Of a DNA stretch of 48,637 nt, positions 1 through 8,449 are shown piece after piece. The DNA is from Actinomycetota bacterium (lineage in GTDB: Bacteria > Actinomycetota > UBA4738 > HRBIN12): assembly GCA_046723385.1 (NCBI GenBank), contig JBKOUM010000103.1:1-48637 (forward strand), written 5' to 3'. Made by a program: the position numbers and the translations under genes. Position 1 is the stretch's first letter; each line of letters opens with the position of its first letter. Under the pieces are notes generated by a model that did not search any database, had not been told where the DNA came from, and saw only the letters and a list, made by a program, of their open reading frames with translations.

Positions 1-4
1 CGGT

Positions 5-1183
5 CTACGTGAGCGATCCCGCCGGTCGTTCCTTCCGAGGATCGACGAAGGGGATCGCGGCCGTCACGCCGACCAGCTGCTCTCCGTTCTCGGTCTCGAC
101 GTCCAGCCGGGTTCCGGGCTCGGACAGCGAGATCGGAACCCACACGTACCCGATGTTCTTCTGGAGACCCGGCGACCAGACCGCGTCCGTGAGATGGCCG
201 ACCTTCGCGCCGTCGTGGTACGCGTCCCAGTACTCGGACATCTCCGCCCTGAGGGCATCGCCCTGGAGCTCGATCCCGACCAGCTTCCGATCGACCCCCT
301 CGGTCCGGAGCCGCTCGAGCGCGTCCTTCCCGATGTAGTCCTGCGGCTGCTCCTCGACGAGGCGTTCCAGCCCCATCACGTGGAACGGCGTGTCCGTGAT
401 CCGCATGTCGGAGCCGTAGTTGAAGATCCCCGCCTCGATCCGCCGGGCCTCGACGGGCGCGATGGGCTTGATCCCGTACTCGTCGCCCGCCTCCAGGATC
501 GCGTCCCAGAGATCCTGTCCGCGCGACCCATCGAGGAGGTTCACCTCGAACCCCGGGATCGCGGTCCAGCCCGTCCTGGAGATGACGACGGGGATGCCCC
601 CGATCTCGAAGCGATCGCACCAGTAGTACTTGATGTCGTAGATCGCGGGGCCGACGAGCTTCTCCAAGGTCTTGGCGGACAGCGGCCCCTGCACCTGGAC
701 GGGATGCACGTCCGGGTAGGTCACCTCGACGTCGAGGCCGGACTGCGACGCAACGCCGAGGGCGTAGAGGCCGGCGTCCGAGTCGGCGAGCTGCATCCAC
801 CAGACGTTCGGCTCGGGATGGAGCAGGACCGGGTCGTTCACGATCCCGCCGTCGGGCGCGGTGACGATCATGTACTTGCCCTGCTTGACCGCGCACCTGG
901 TGAGATCGCGACACGTCAGCCGGTCGATCAGGGCGTCTGCATCGGGGCCGCTGACCTGGACGGTCCGCTCCACGCCCACGTCCCACAGGGTGACGGCCTC
1001 GCTCAGCAGCTTGTACTCCACCTCCGGGTCGTCGAAGTAGCCCGGGAGGTACATGTGGTTGTAGATGTCGTACGCGGTGCACCCCGACCGCAGGGTCGCC
1101 TTGAAGAACGGCGATTGGCGGTACCAGGGACCGAAGTACAGCGTCGCGCTCTTCGCGAGCATCTCCTGTCGCTCGTTCACCAT
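5..1183 (-). CDS. Aminomethyltransferase-fold (GcvT-family, folate-dependent) protein, paralog A
   Basis: 3' part of track ORF 5..2293. Start set at ATG 1183..1181 (MVNERQEMLAK...) with AGGAGG 9 nt upstream. The 370 codons further upstream are R/G/P-rich and overlap the next gene, so rejected. Motifs YNHMYLPGYF, SRTGWTAIPGFEV and ARRIEAGIFNYGSDM fit the glycine-cleavage-T/aminomethyltransferase fold. Confidence 0.8.
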   Translation of the reverse strand: MVNERQEMLAKSATLYFGPWYRQSPFFKATLRSGCTAYDIYNHMYLPGYFDDPEVEYKLLSEAVTLWDVGVERTVQVSGPDADALIDRLTCRDLTRCAVKQGKYMIVTAPDGGIVNDPVLLHPEPNVWWMQLADSDAGLYALGVASQSGLDVEVTYPDVHPVQVQGPLSAKTLEKLVGPAIYDIKYYWCDRFEIGGIPVVISRTGWTAIPGFEVNLLDGSRGQDLWDAILEAGDEYGIKPIAPVEARRIEAGIFNYGSDMRITDTPFHVMGLERLVEEQPQDYIGKDALERLRTEGVDRKLVGIELQGDALRAEMSEYWDAYHDGAKVGHLTDAVWSPGLQKNIGYVWVPISLSEPGTRLDVETENGEQLVGVTAAIPFVDPRKERPAGSLT

Positions 1184-1314
1184 CCGGGGCTGCCTCCTGA
1201 TCGTCTCCGGGCCGGGGGACGCCGGCCGTTCCAGGATTGAAGCATGGTTCAAGAGGGTGGCCGGATGCAAGTCGCCGAAGACACCCGTGCAGGGCAGACA
1301 GGTTGAACGGCGGT

Positions 1315-2475
1315 TCAGGACACTGGGATCTGCTTCGACGGATCGACGAACGGCATCGCCGTCACCGTGCCGGTCCGCGGGCCGAACTCGGTCTGGACCG
1401 ACAGGACCTGGCCCTCGTGGCTCCGGTCGACGGGGAGCCAGCAGTACCCGATGTTCTGCCCGAGCCGAGGCGAGTAGATCGCCGAGGTGACCTTGCCCAC
1501 CTGGGCCCCCTCGACCGAAGCCGGCCACTTGACCGCGTTGAGCGCCGGGAAGGGCTCGCCGTCGAAGACGACCCCGTTGATCTTGTCGCTCACGCCCACG
1601 TCCTTGATACGCCGGTACGCCCCGATCGAGATGCACTCGTCGGGGGTGAGCGCGTCCAGGTCGACGAGACGGTCCAGCCCCATCTCGAAGGCGTTGTTCT
1701 GGTACGTCATGTCCGCGCCCCAGTTGAAGATCGCGCCCTCGATCCGGCGGATGTCCGACGGTCCGGTCGGCTTGATCCCGAACTCGCGGCCCGCGTCCAT
1801 GATCGCCTCGTAGACGTCGTTGCCGCGAGACGTGTCGGTCGTATACACCTCGTAGCCGATCTCCGACGTCCAGCCCGTGCGCGTGACGACGACGGGGACC
1901 CCGCCGATCTTCGCTTCCGTCCAGAAGTAGTAGCGGAGCTGCAAGATGTCCTCGCCGAGGAGCTTGACCATCAGGTCCTTCGACCTGGGGCCCTGGACCT
2001 GCAGCGGCGCGACGTCCGCCTCCTGGATCGTGACGTCCAGGTCCGGGTACGCATTCCGCAACCCGCGCGCGAACAACAGGGCGTCCGAAGACGCGAGCGC
2101 GAACCAGAACGTGTTCTCGTCCATGCGCGTCAGGACCGGGTCGTTGATGATCCCTCCGTCCGAGTCGCAGATCAGCACGTACTTGGCCTGGCCGACGGCG
2201 CACGTCGAGAGGTCGCGCGGGGTCAGGAGCTGCGCGAAGCGGAACCCGTCCGGGCCGGAGATCTCGAGGCATCGCTCGACCGCGACGTCCCACAAGGTCA
2301 CGCCGCTGAGGAGGGCGTCGAACTCCGCCTCGAACGTGTCGAACCGGATCGGGAAGTACATGTGGTTGTAGACCGTGAACCCGAGCGGCCCGTACTTCTG
2401 GGTGGCCTGGTGGTACGGCGTGCGGCGGTTGCGCGCGCCCCGCTGGACCAGGCTCATGTCGAACGGTTCGGTCAT
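1315..2475 (-). CDS. Aminomethyltransferase-fold (GcvT-family) protein, paralog B
   Basis: Track ORF, 386 aa, ATG 2475 with GAGGAG about 9 nt upstream. Clearly homologous by eye to paralog A (shared YNHMY.P, LWDV.VER, DGGI.NDPVL, QVQGP, RTGWT, GIKP, RRIE.(A/G)IFN.G.DM, NIGY.W.P). Confidence 0.85.
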   Translation of the reverse strand: MTEPFDMSLVQRGARNRRTPYHQATQKYGPLGFTVYNHMYFPIRFDTFEAEFDALLSGVTLWDVAVERCLEISGPDGFRFAQLLTPRDLSTCAVGQAKYVLICDSDGGIINDPVLTRMDENTFWFALASSDALLFARGLRNAYPDLDVTIQEADVAPLQVQGPRSKDLMVKLLGEDILQLRYYFWTEAKIGGVPVVVTRTGWTSEIGYEVYTTDTSRGNDVYEAIMDAGREFGIKPTGPSDIRRIEGAIFNWGADMTYQNNAFEMGLDRLVDLDALTPDECISIGAYRRIKDVGVSDKINGVVFDGEPFPALNAVKWPASVEGAQVGKVTSAIYSPRLGQNIGYCWLPVDRSHEGQVLSVQTEFGPRTGTVTAMPFVDPSKQIPVS

Positions 2476-2596
2476 CGGCTCATCTCCTCGGGCTCCTCGT
2501 GGTCGCCCGCGACCCCCTCGCCGCGGGGAGCCATCGTGCGCGGAGGGAGCCCCGTTCGCAACGAGGGTCGTCGACCCCGGGTCACGGATCCCCTGG

Positions 2597-4276
2597 TCAC
2601 GCGTCGGCCGCGGTGGAGACGGGCTCGCCGTCGACGAACGTCATCACGCACCGCGCGTCCGCGATCTCCTCGACCGGGTGCCCGAAGAGGTTACGGTCCA
2701 GGACCGCCAGGTCCGCGCGCTTCCCGACCTCGATCGAGCCGGTCTCGCGCTCGAGGTGGTTCACGTACGCCGAGCCGATCGTGAACCCGGCGATCGCCGT
2801 CGCCAGATCCAGCCGCTCGTCCGGGAGGAACACGTCCGTGCGATCCACCCTGTACGGATAGCTAGGCGGCATCATCCGGTTGACGGCGACGTGGATCTCC
2901 TCGAGGGGGTCGGGCGACGAGACCGACCAGTCGCTCCCCATCGCCAGGGTCGCGCCGTGGCGGACGAGGCTCGCGAAAGGGTACTGCCAGGTCCACCGTG
3001 GCTCCCCGAGGAACGGGATCGTGAGGTCGTCCATCTGACGCTCGTGCGCGGCCCACAGCGGTTGGGCGTTCGGGATCGCGCCGAGCTGCCGGAACCGCGG
3101 CAGGTCGTCCGGGTGCACGACCTGGATGTGGGCAAGGTGAGGCCGCGTGTCCGACATGCCGTTCGCGCGCCGCGCTGCCTCGACCGCGTCCAGAGCTTCG
3201 CGGACCGCGCGCTCGGCCAGCGCGTGGAAGTGCACCTGGAACCCCAGCGCGTCCAGCCTGGTGACCGCCTCGCTCAGGATCTCCGGATCCACGAAGGAGA
3301 TCCCGCGGTTCTCGGTCGGCCGTCCGTCCGCCCCGAGGTAAGGGTCCAACACCGCGCCGGTGAAGTTCTCGCACACGCCGTCCTGCATGATCTTCACCGA
3401 GGTGGCTGCGAATCGGCCCGCCGCTCCGCGCTCGCGGAGCGCGACCAGCTCGTCGATCTGATCGAGACCCCGCAAGCGATCCCACCACAGCGCCCCGACG
3501 ACCCGCGCGGTCAGCTCGCCCTTGTCCGCGGCGGTCAGGTACGTCGAGAGGGAGTCACCCCAGTCGCCACCGTCCGCCTGGACGATCGCGTCCTGCCATC
3601 CCGTGATGCCGAGGGCGTGGAGGTACTCCTGGCCTTTGAGGAGCCCCTGGTAGAGCTCGTCCGATGTCGACGGCGGGATCAGATCCGTCATGAAGCGCTG
3701 GGCTCCCTCGTGGAGGGTGCCGAACGGCTCGCCGGTCTCGTCCCGCTCGATCCGGCCGTCCCGCGGGTCCTCGGTGTCCTTCGTGACTCCCGCCATGCGA
3801 AGCGCCGCCGAGTTCACCCAGGCGCTGTGACCGTCTCGGTTGGGCAGGAACACCGGACGGTCAGGCACGACGGCGTCCAGGTCTCCCTTGGGCGGACAGC
3901 CTCGCGGGAACACCTCCATGGACCAACCGCCGCCCAAGATCCAGGGTGCGTCGGGGTTCGCGGCCGCGTAGTCCCCGACCGCCCGGAGGTAGTCGTCCTT
4001 GGTGACCAGGTCGTGCAGGTCGCACTGGAGCATGTCGATCCCGGCGTAGACGGGATGGACATGCGCGTCCTGGAAGCCCGGGAGCAGCATCCGCCCCGCG
4101 AGGTCGATCACCTCCGTGTGCGCGTCGATCGAGGGGCGGATCGCAGCGTCGGTCCCGACGGTCGCGATCCGCCCCTCGCGGACCGCGACCGCCTGCGCCC
4201 ACGATCGAGCAGCGTCGACCGTGTACACGGCGCCGTTCACGAAGACCAGATCCGCTGCCGACCCGTTGCCGCTCAC
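2597..4276 (-). CDS. Metal-dependent amidohydrolase (amidohydrolase-3 / YtcJ-like)
   Basis: Track ORF 2597..4399 trimmed to GTG 4276..4274 ([21 protein letters not shown]...) with GGAGGAG 4 nt upstream; the track's own start at 4399 would overlap the ABC-F gene end. N-terminal beta-sandwich then [12 protein letters not shown] (HxH metal motif) and C-terminal ...[14 protein letters not shown] pattern typical of this family. Confidence 0.85.
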   Translation of the reverse strand: MSGNGSAADLVFVNGAVYTVDAARSWAQAVAVREGRIATVGTDAAIRPSIDAHTEVIDLAGRMLLPGFQDAHVHPVYAGIDMLQCDLHDLVTKDDYLRAVGDYAAANPDAPWILGGGWSMEVFPRGCPPKGDLDAVVPDRPVFLPNRDGHSAWVNSAALRMAGVTKDTEDPRDGRIERDETGEPFGTLHEGAQRFMTDLIPPSTSDELYQGLLKGQEYLHALGITGWQDAIVQADGGDWGDSLSTYLTAADKGELTARVVGALWWDRLRGLDQIDELVALRERGAAGRFAATSVKIMQDGVCENFTGAVLDPYLGADGRPTENRGISFVDPEILSEAVTRLDALGFQVHFHALAERAVREALDAVEAARRANGMSDTRPHLAHIQVVHPDDLPRFRQLGAIPNAQPLWAAHERQMDDLTIPFLGEPRWTWQYPFASLVRHGATLAMGSDWSVSSPDPLEEIHVAVNRMMPPSYPYRVDRTDVFLPDERLDLATAIAGFTIGSAYVNHLERETGSIEVGKRADLAVLDRNLFGHPVEEIADARCVMTFVDGEPVSTAADA

Positions 4277-4346
4277 CGCTCCTCCTCGCCTCCGGTCGTC
4301 GAACGGGGCGGAGTCTACCCGGGTCGCTCGGCCGGGTCGGCCGGCG

Positions 4347-5942
4347 TCACGCGAGCGCCACGATGTCGAGGTAGTCCTCGCTCCAATGGTCCACGTCACC
4401 GTCCGGCATCAGCAGCACCCGTTCCGGTGCAAGCGCTTCCACGAACTCTTGGTCGTGGCTGACGAGCAGCATCGTGCCGGGCCACCCCTGGAGCGCCTGC
4501 GCGATCGCCGTCCGGGACGGTGGATCCAGGTTGTTCGTCGGCTCGTCGAGCAGCAGGAGGTTCTTCCGTCCGGCGACGAGCATCGCGAGCGCGAGCTTGG
4601 TCTTCTCGCCTCCGGAGAGCGTTCCCGCGTCCTGGAACGCGACCCCTCCGTGCAGCCCGAACATCCCCAGGAGCGTCCGCAGCGCGAGGTCGTCGGCCAA
4701 CGACGCCTCCTTCATGTGCTCCAGGACCGTGATCCCGTCGCGGATCCCCTCGTGCTCCTGCGCGTAATACCCGGGCACGACGCCGTGCCCGAACGCGAAC
4801 GTACCGCGGTCGGCCTCCGTCTGGCCGGTGAGGATCCGCAGCATGCTCGTCTTCCCGGCCCCGTTCAGGCCGAGCACGAGCAACCGCTCTCCCCTCCCCA
4901 GGTCGAACCCGACGTCCTCGAAGATCGCGGGCCCTCCGTACGACTTGCTGAGCCCATCGACGACGAGGACGGTCCGGCCGCTGTGCGGGGGCTCGGGGAA
5001 CCGGTACCGGACCCGCTTCTCAGACGCCGGTCCCTCGACCTTCTTCGCTTCGAGCTTGGTGACGCGCGTGTCGATCGTCTTCGCCTTGCGGGCACGTTTC
5101 GCCGTCTGGCCGCGCATCGAGTCGGCCAGGGTCTTCAGTCGCCGGATCTCGTGTTCCTGCCGGTCGGCGAGCGTGCGCAGTCGCGTCTCGTCGGCCGCCC
5201 GCGCCTCGCGGTATTCCCGGTAGGTCCCGCGGTACTCGACGATCCCGTCGCGGTCGAGATGAAGGATGCGGGTGATCGATGCATCGAGGAGCGAGAGGTC
5301 GTGGCTCACGACGACGAGCGCGCCCTTGTACGTCGCGAGGAACCGGATCAGCCACGTCTTGGCGTCTACGTCGAGGTGGTTCGTCGGTTCGTCCAACAGG
5401 AGGAGATCCGAACCCGCGAACAGGATCCTCGCCAGCTCGAGCCGGCGGCGCTCGCCTCCCGACAGCGCCCGGACGGGGAGGTCGAGCCGGTCCTCCGGCA
5501 GGCCGAGCCCGGCCGCGATCGCCTTCGCCTGCGATTCGGCCTGATACCCGCCCAGCAGGCGGTACTCCTCCTCCAGCCGCGTGAAGCGGTGGACCTGGCG
5601 TTCGCCGTGAGATTCCTCGAGCGCGATCCGCGCCTTCTCGAGCCGGCGGTTGAGGTCCACGAGCCCACGAGCGCTGAGGATGTGCTCGAGGCCGCGGTCG
5701 TCGTCCTCCGCGCGGTGCTGGCGAGGATCCTGTCGAAGGTAGCCGACCGCTCCCCGCCGCAGGACGGTTCCGCTCTCGGGCGGAGCCTCACCGGCGAGGA
5801 CCCGAAGCGTGCTCGTCTTTCCGGCGCCGTTGCGCCCGACCACGCCGACCTTGTCGCCGTCGCGGAGGTCGAGCGTGAGGCCCTCCACGACGGTGCGGCC
5901 GCCGACCTCGACGGAAAGCTCCCGCGCCTCGAGCGCGATCAT
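4347..5942 (-). CDS. ABC-F family ATPase (soluble double-cassette translation factor / possible ribosome-protection type)
   Basis: Track ORF, 531 aa. Two full ABC cassettes (Walker [10 protein letters not shown] and GLNGAGKTS; signatures LSGGERRR and LSGGEKTK) joined by a K/R-rich helical linker, with no membrane domain. Own SD-like GGGAG 6 nt upstream of ATG 5942. Confidence 0.9.
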   Translation of the reverse strand: MIALEARELSVEVGGRTVVEGLTLDLRDGDKVGVVGRNGAGKTSTLRVLAGEAPPESGTVLRRGAVGYLRQDPRQHRAEDDDRGLEHILSARGLVDLNRRLEKARIALEESHGERQVHRFTRLEEEYRLLGGYQAESQAKAIAAGLGLPEDRLDLPVRALSGGERRRLELARILFAGSDLLLLDEPTNHLDVDAKTWLIRFLATYKGALVVVSHDLSLLDASITRILHLDRDGIVEYRGTYREYREARAADETRLRTLADRQEHEIRRLKTLADSMRGQTAKRARKAKTIDTRVTKLEAKKVEGPASEKRVRYRFPEPPHSGRTVLVVDGLSKSYGGPAIFEDVGFDLGRGERLLVLGLNGAGKTSMLRILTGQTEADRGTFAFGHGVVPGYYAQEHEGIRDGITVLEHMKEASLADDLALRTLLGMFGLHGGVAFQDAGTLSGGEKTKLALAMLVAGRKNLLLLDEPTNNLDPPSRTAIAQALQGWPGTMLLVSHDQEFVEALAPERVLLMPDGDVDHWSEDYLDIVALA

Positions 5943-6001
5943 GGCACGCTCCCGCGATGCGCGGTCGAGGTGTGGCGCTGCGGGCTCGGACGGGCTGGCA
6001 T
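5939..6001 (-). CDS. Candidate 20-codon leader peptide ([20 protein letters not shown]) upstream of the ABC-F gene
   Basis: ATG 6001..5999 preceded by GAGGAGG (6014..6008) at 6-nt spacing. Its TGA (5941..5939) overlaps the ABC-F ATG (5942..5940) as ATGA. It is the last 20 codons of the otherwise implausible track ORF 5939..6517. Confidence 0.35.
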   Translation of the reverse strand: MPARPSPQRHTSTAHRGSVP

Positions 6002-6115
6002 GGGGGACCTCCTCGGGTAGGCGAACACGGCCGCGGTCGCGGTCGGTGGAACACGAGGAACGTCCGCTAGCTCATCCGCGCGTAGCTTACCTTCCGGGGG
6101 CCGACGAACGGAAGC

Positions 6116-6121
6116 TATAGT
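6116..6121 (+). promoter_or_regulatory. -10-like hexamer TATAGT, 6 nt upstream of the ATG of the PASTA lipoprotein gene (leaderless candidate)
   Basis: TATAGT-cgcgcg-ATG read directly. No SD fits between hexamer and start. Confidence 0.35.
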
Positions 6122-6127
6122 CGCGCG

Positions 6128-6652
6128 ATGACCCCCTGCGCCCGGCTCGGCGCGATCGTGAGCGTGGCCGTGACGGCGCTCACGGTGCTCGGGTGCTCGT
6201 CGGAGACAGCGGGTGCCCCGTCCCCATCGGCGGTCTTCGACGCAGGTCGCATGGACGTGCATCCCTCCGCCGTGCCGCCCGCTGAACCCAGCGCCGAGGA
6301 GGGCCCCGAGCCGGGTGAGGAGTTCGCATCGCCTCCCGCCGAGACGATCCCTCCCGGGACGCGCGTCCCACGGATCCGAGGGATGGACTTCGAGGACGCC
6401 GTGATCAAGCTCCGGGTGCTCGGGATGGACTTCGGTTTCGTCGTCGCGCGAACGAGTCGCGAGGATCAGTGGATCGTCTTGGAGCAGTCGCCCGAGCCGG
6501 GTGAACGACCGCCGCACGGTGGTCGCGTCTCGATGGTGGTCTCGATCGGTCCCACGGTGGCCGGCGTCGCCGGCGCCGGCGGGGTCGCGTGCGAACCGGA
6601 GGAGGACGACATCGACGAGCCATATTGCGACGGGAAGATCCTGCGGTACTGA
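6128..6652 (+). CDS. Lipoprotein with a single PASTA domain
   Basis: Track ORF, 174 aa. Signal peptide with lipobox LTVLGC, a P/E/A-rich linker, then RGMDFEDAVIKLRVLGMDFGFVV...QSPEPGERPPHGGRVSMVVSIGP, which resembles a PASTA repeat. Acidic C-terminal tail with 2 Cys. Confidence 0.7.
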   Translation: MTPCARLGAIVSVAVTALTVLGCSSETAGAPSPSAVFDAGRMDVHPSAVPPAEPSAEEGPEPGEEFASPPAETIPPGTRVPRIRGMDFEDAVIKLRVLGMDFGFVVARTSREDQWIVLEQSPEPGERPPHGGRVSMVVSIGPTVAGVAGAGGVACEPEEDDIDEPYCDGKILRY

Positions 6653-6680
6653 GCCTCGCCGCCGTCGTTAAGGTGTCCCG

Positions 6681-8033
6681 ATGGCGACCGAGCGCGAGAT
6701 CCTCGAGGTCGCCGGCCGCGAGGTCGCGATCTCGAATCCCCGGAAGGTGTTCTTCCCCGGCCTCGGCGTGACCAAGCTCGACCTGGTGCGGTACTACCTC
6801 ACGGTCGCGGACGGTGCTCTCCGCGGCGTACGAGGGCGGCCGATGGCGCTGAAACGGTTCGTGGACGGCGCCGCCGGCCAGGCGTTCTTCCAGAAACGCG
6901 CCCCCAAGTCGCGCCCCGGCTGGATCGAGACGGTCGAGCTTCGGTTCCCCTCGGGGCGATCCGCCGAGGAGATCGTCGTCCGGGACGAAGCGCAGCTCGC
7001 CTGGGTGGTGAACCTCGGCTGCATCGACCTCAACCCACATCCCGTCCGAACCAGCGACATGGAGCACCCGGACGAGCTCCGCGTAGACCTGGACCCGGTC
7101 CGGGGCGTGGAGTGGCCGCAGGTCCTCGACGTCGCGCTCGCGACCAGGGAGGTCCTGGACGACGTGGGCCTGGTGGGATTCCCCAAGACGTCCGGATCGC
7201 GCGGGATCCACATCTACTGTCGGATCGAGCCCCGATGGACGTTCACCCAGGTGCGCCGTGCCGCGGTCGCGCTCGCGCGAGAGGTGGAGCGTCGAGCGCC
7301 CGAGATCGCGACCAGCAAGTGGTGGAAGGAGGAACGCCACGGCGTCTTCCTGGACTACAACCAGAACGCGAAGGACCGCACCGTCGCGTCCGCGTACTCG
7401 ATCCGGCCAACGCCGGATGCGCGCGCCTCGGCGCCCTTGACCTGGGACGAGCTGCCGACGTCCCGACTCGAGGACTTCACGATCCTGACGATGCCCGACC
7501 GCTATGCCGCGCTCGGCGATCTCTCGGATGGGATCGATGGTGCGCTCGGCGAGCTCGACGCGTTGCTCGAGCTCGCCGAGCGAGACGAGGCCGAGGGCCT
7601 CCCCGACGCACCGTGGCCGCCGCAGTACGAGAAGCAGCCAGGCGAGGCTCCTCGCGTCCAACCCTCCAAACGGAAGAAGGGCGCGGTCGCCGAACCCGCC
7701 CCCGGCAAGCGGAGCGGAGCCAGCGGCCGACGTCGCTCGACGATGCCGCTGGTCGAGATCGCGCGCGCCGAGACCGAGGAGGAGGCCATGGACGGCCTCG
7801 AACGCTGGAAGGCGCGTCACCCGGACGTCTGGCCGCTCCTCGGTCCCGAGGATCTGCTGATCGACGCGATGCGCGGTCGCAGCAGTACCTGGACCCGGAT
7901 CCGGCTCAACCTGAAGAACGTCCCGGAGGGCGAACGTCCCTCGCAGGAGCCACTCGAGGTCGACTACGACCCGTGGGCCGGCGTCGAGTGGCCCGGGGAC
8001 CCGGCTCACGGTGACGTGACGAACGACACATGA
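6681..8033 (+). CDS. Stand-alone LigD-type primase-polymerase (AEP / NHEJ PolDom) with about 165-aa C-terminal extension
   Basis: Track ORF, 450 aa. N-terminal about 285 aa match the LigD polymerase domain by eye (ISNPRKVFFP, LVRYY, KRF.DG..G..FFQK, GCIDLNPHP, DLDP, FPKTSGSRGIHIY, FLDYNQNA.DRT.ASAYS.RP). No ligase or phosphoesterase domain in the ORF. Confidence 0.85.
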   Translation: MATEREILEVAGREVAISNPRKVFFPGLGVTKLDLVRYYLTVADGALRGVRGRPMALKRFVDGAAGQAFFQKRAPKSRPGWIETVELRFPSGRSAEEIVVRDEAQLAWVVNLGCIDLNPHPVRTSDMEHPDELRVDLDPVRGVEWPQVLDVALATREVLDDVGLVGFPKTSGSRGIHIYCRIEPRWTFTQVRRAAVALAREVERRAPEIATSKWWKEERHGVFLDYNQNAKDRTVASAYSIRPTPDARASAPLTWDELPTSRLEDFTILTMPDRYAALGDLSDGIDGALGELDALLELAERDEAEGLPDAPWPPQYEKQPGEAPRVQPSKRKKGAVAEPAPGKRSGASGRRRSTMPLVEIARAETEEEAMDGLERWKARHPDVWPLLGPEDLLIDAMRGRSSTWTRIRLNLKNVPEGERPSQEPLEVDYDPWAGVEWPGDPAHGDVTNDT

Positions 8034-8106
8034 TCTGAGCGCGCTCGACACTCGTAATACCTCGCGTGATCGGGGATCCGCTCGACGACGACACGGGAGG
8101 TGCGTG

Positions 8107-8238
8107 ATGCAGGAGAACACCGGGTACGGCCGGAACTGGAAGAAGTGGCTGGCGATCTACCTCGTGGCCGGAGCGATCGTCTACCTGATCATCTACCTCG
8201 TCTTCTTCACGCATGGCGGCTCGGGCGGCGGCTATTGA
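8107..8238 (+). CDS. 43-aa single-pass membrane peptide (MQENTGYGRNWKKWLAIYLVAGAIVYLIIYLVFFTHGGSGGGY)
   Basis: Below the ORF-track size cut-off. ATG 8107 with GGGAGG about 7 nt upstream, strong G/C third-position bias, one hydrophobic helix, followed by a 10-bp hairpin. Confidence 0.55.
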   Translation: MQENTGYGRNWKKWLAIYLVAGAIVYLIIYLVFFTHGGSGGGY

Positions 8239-8250
8239 GCTCGGAGCCGA

Positions 8251-8288
8251 GCTCGGCCGGCACCTGACCCCTGATCGTCCGGCCGAGC
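8251..8288 (+). terminator. Perfect 10-bp stem hairpin (GCTCGGCCGG / CCGGCCGAGC, 18-nt loop) after the 43-aa ORF
   Basis: Arms 8251..8260 and 8279..8288 are exact reverse complements. No U-tract follows, so it would be an I-shaped terminator, as is often described in high-GC Gram-positives. Confidence 0.4.
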
Positions 8289-8317
8289 GTTCGTGACAGC
8301 CCTCGTATCATCGGTGC

Positions 8318-8436
8318 CGAGGGCGGGTCGAAGCAGCCCTCGGGCTCGGGGGCGCGACTGACGGGCGAAAGTCCCTCTCCGTTCGCCCGCTTGACCCGCC
8401 CTCCAGGACTCGGTTCCCCCCGACCGAGTGCTGGAG
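8318..8436 (+). ncRNA. Candidate structured RNA: three hairpins, two with C-rich loops (6C-sRNA-like, or a cis leader of the kinase gene)
   Basis: Hairpins: 8318-8324/8336-8342 (7 bp); 8362-8369/8382-8389 (8 bp, loop AGUCCCUCUCCG); 8401-8414/8423-8436 (13 bp plus 1 mismatch, loop UCCCCCCG). C-rich linker CCCGCCCUCC. TATCAT at 8306..8311 could serve as a -10. No coding potential on the + strand. Confidence 0.3.
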
Positions 8437-8449
8437 CGATAGTGACCAC

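Noticed and set aside
1184-2596. Looked for a glycine, THF or ZTP riboswitch in the leaders of the two GcvT-family genes (1184..1314, 2476..2596)
   Set aside because: I could not find the conserved glycine-riboswitch cores (GGAGAG ... CACCGAAGGGGCAA-like) or other motifs I know. Only short generic GC hairpins are present. An Infernal scan would be needed to be sure.
5939-6517. 192-aa minus-strand ORF upstream of the ABC-F gene
   Set aside because: Most of it is antisense to the PASTA lipoprotein gene and has shadow composition. Only its last 20 codons, which have their own ATG and strong SD, are kept as a leader-peptide candidate.
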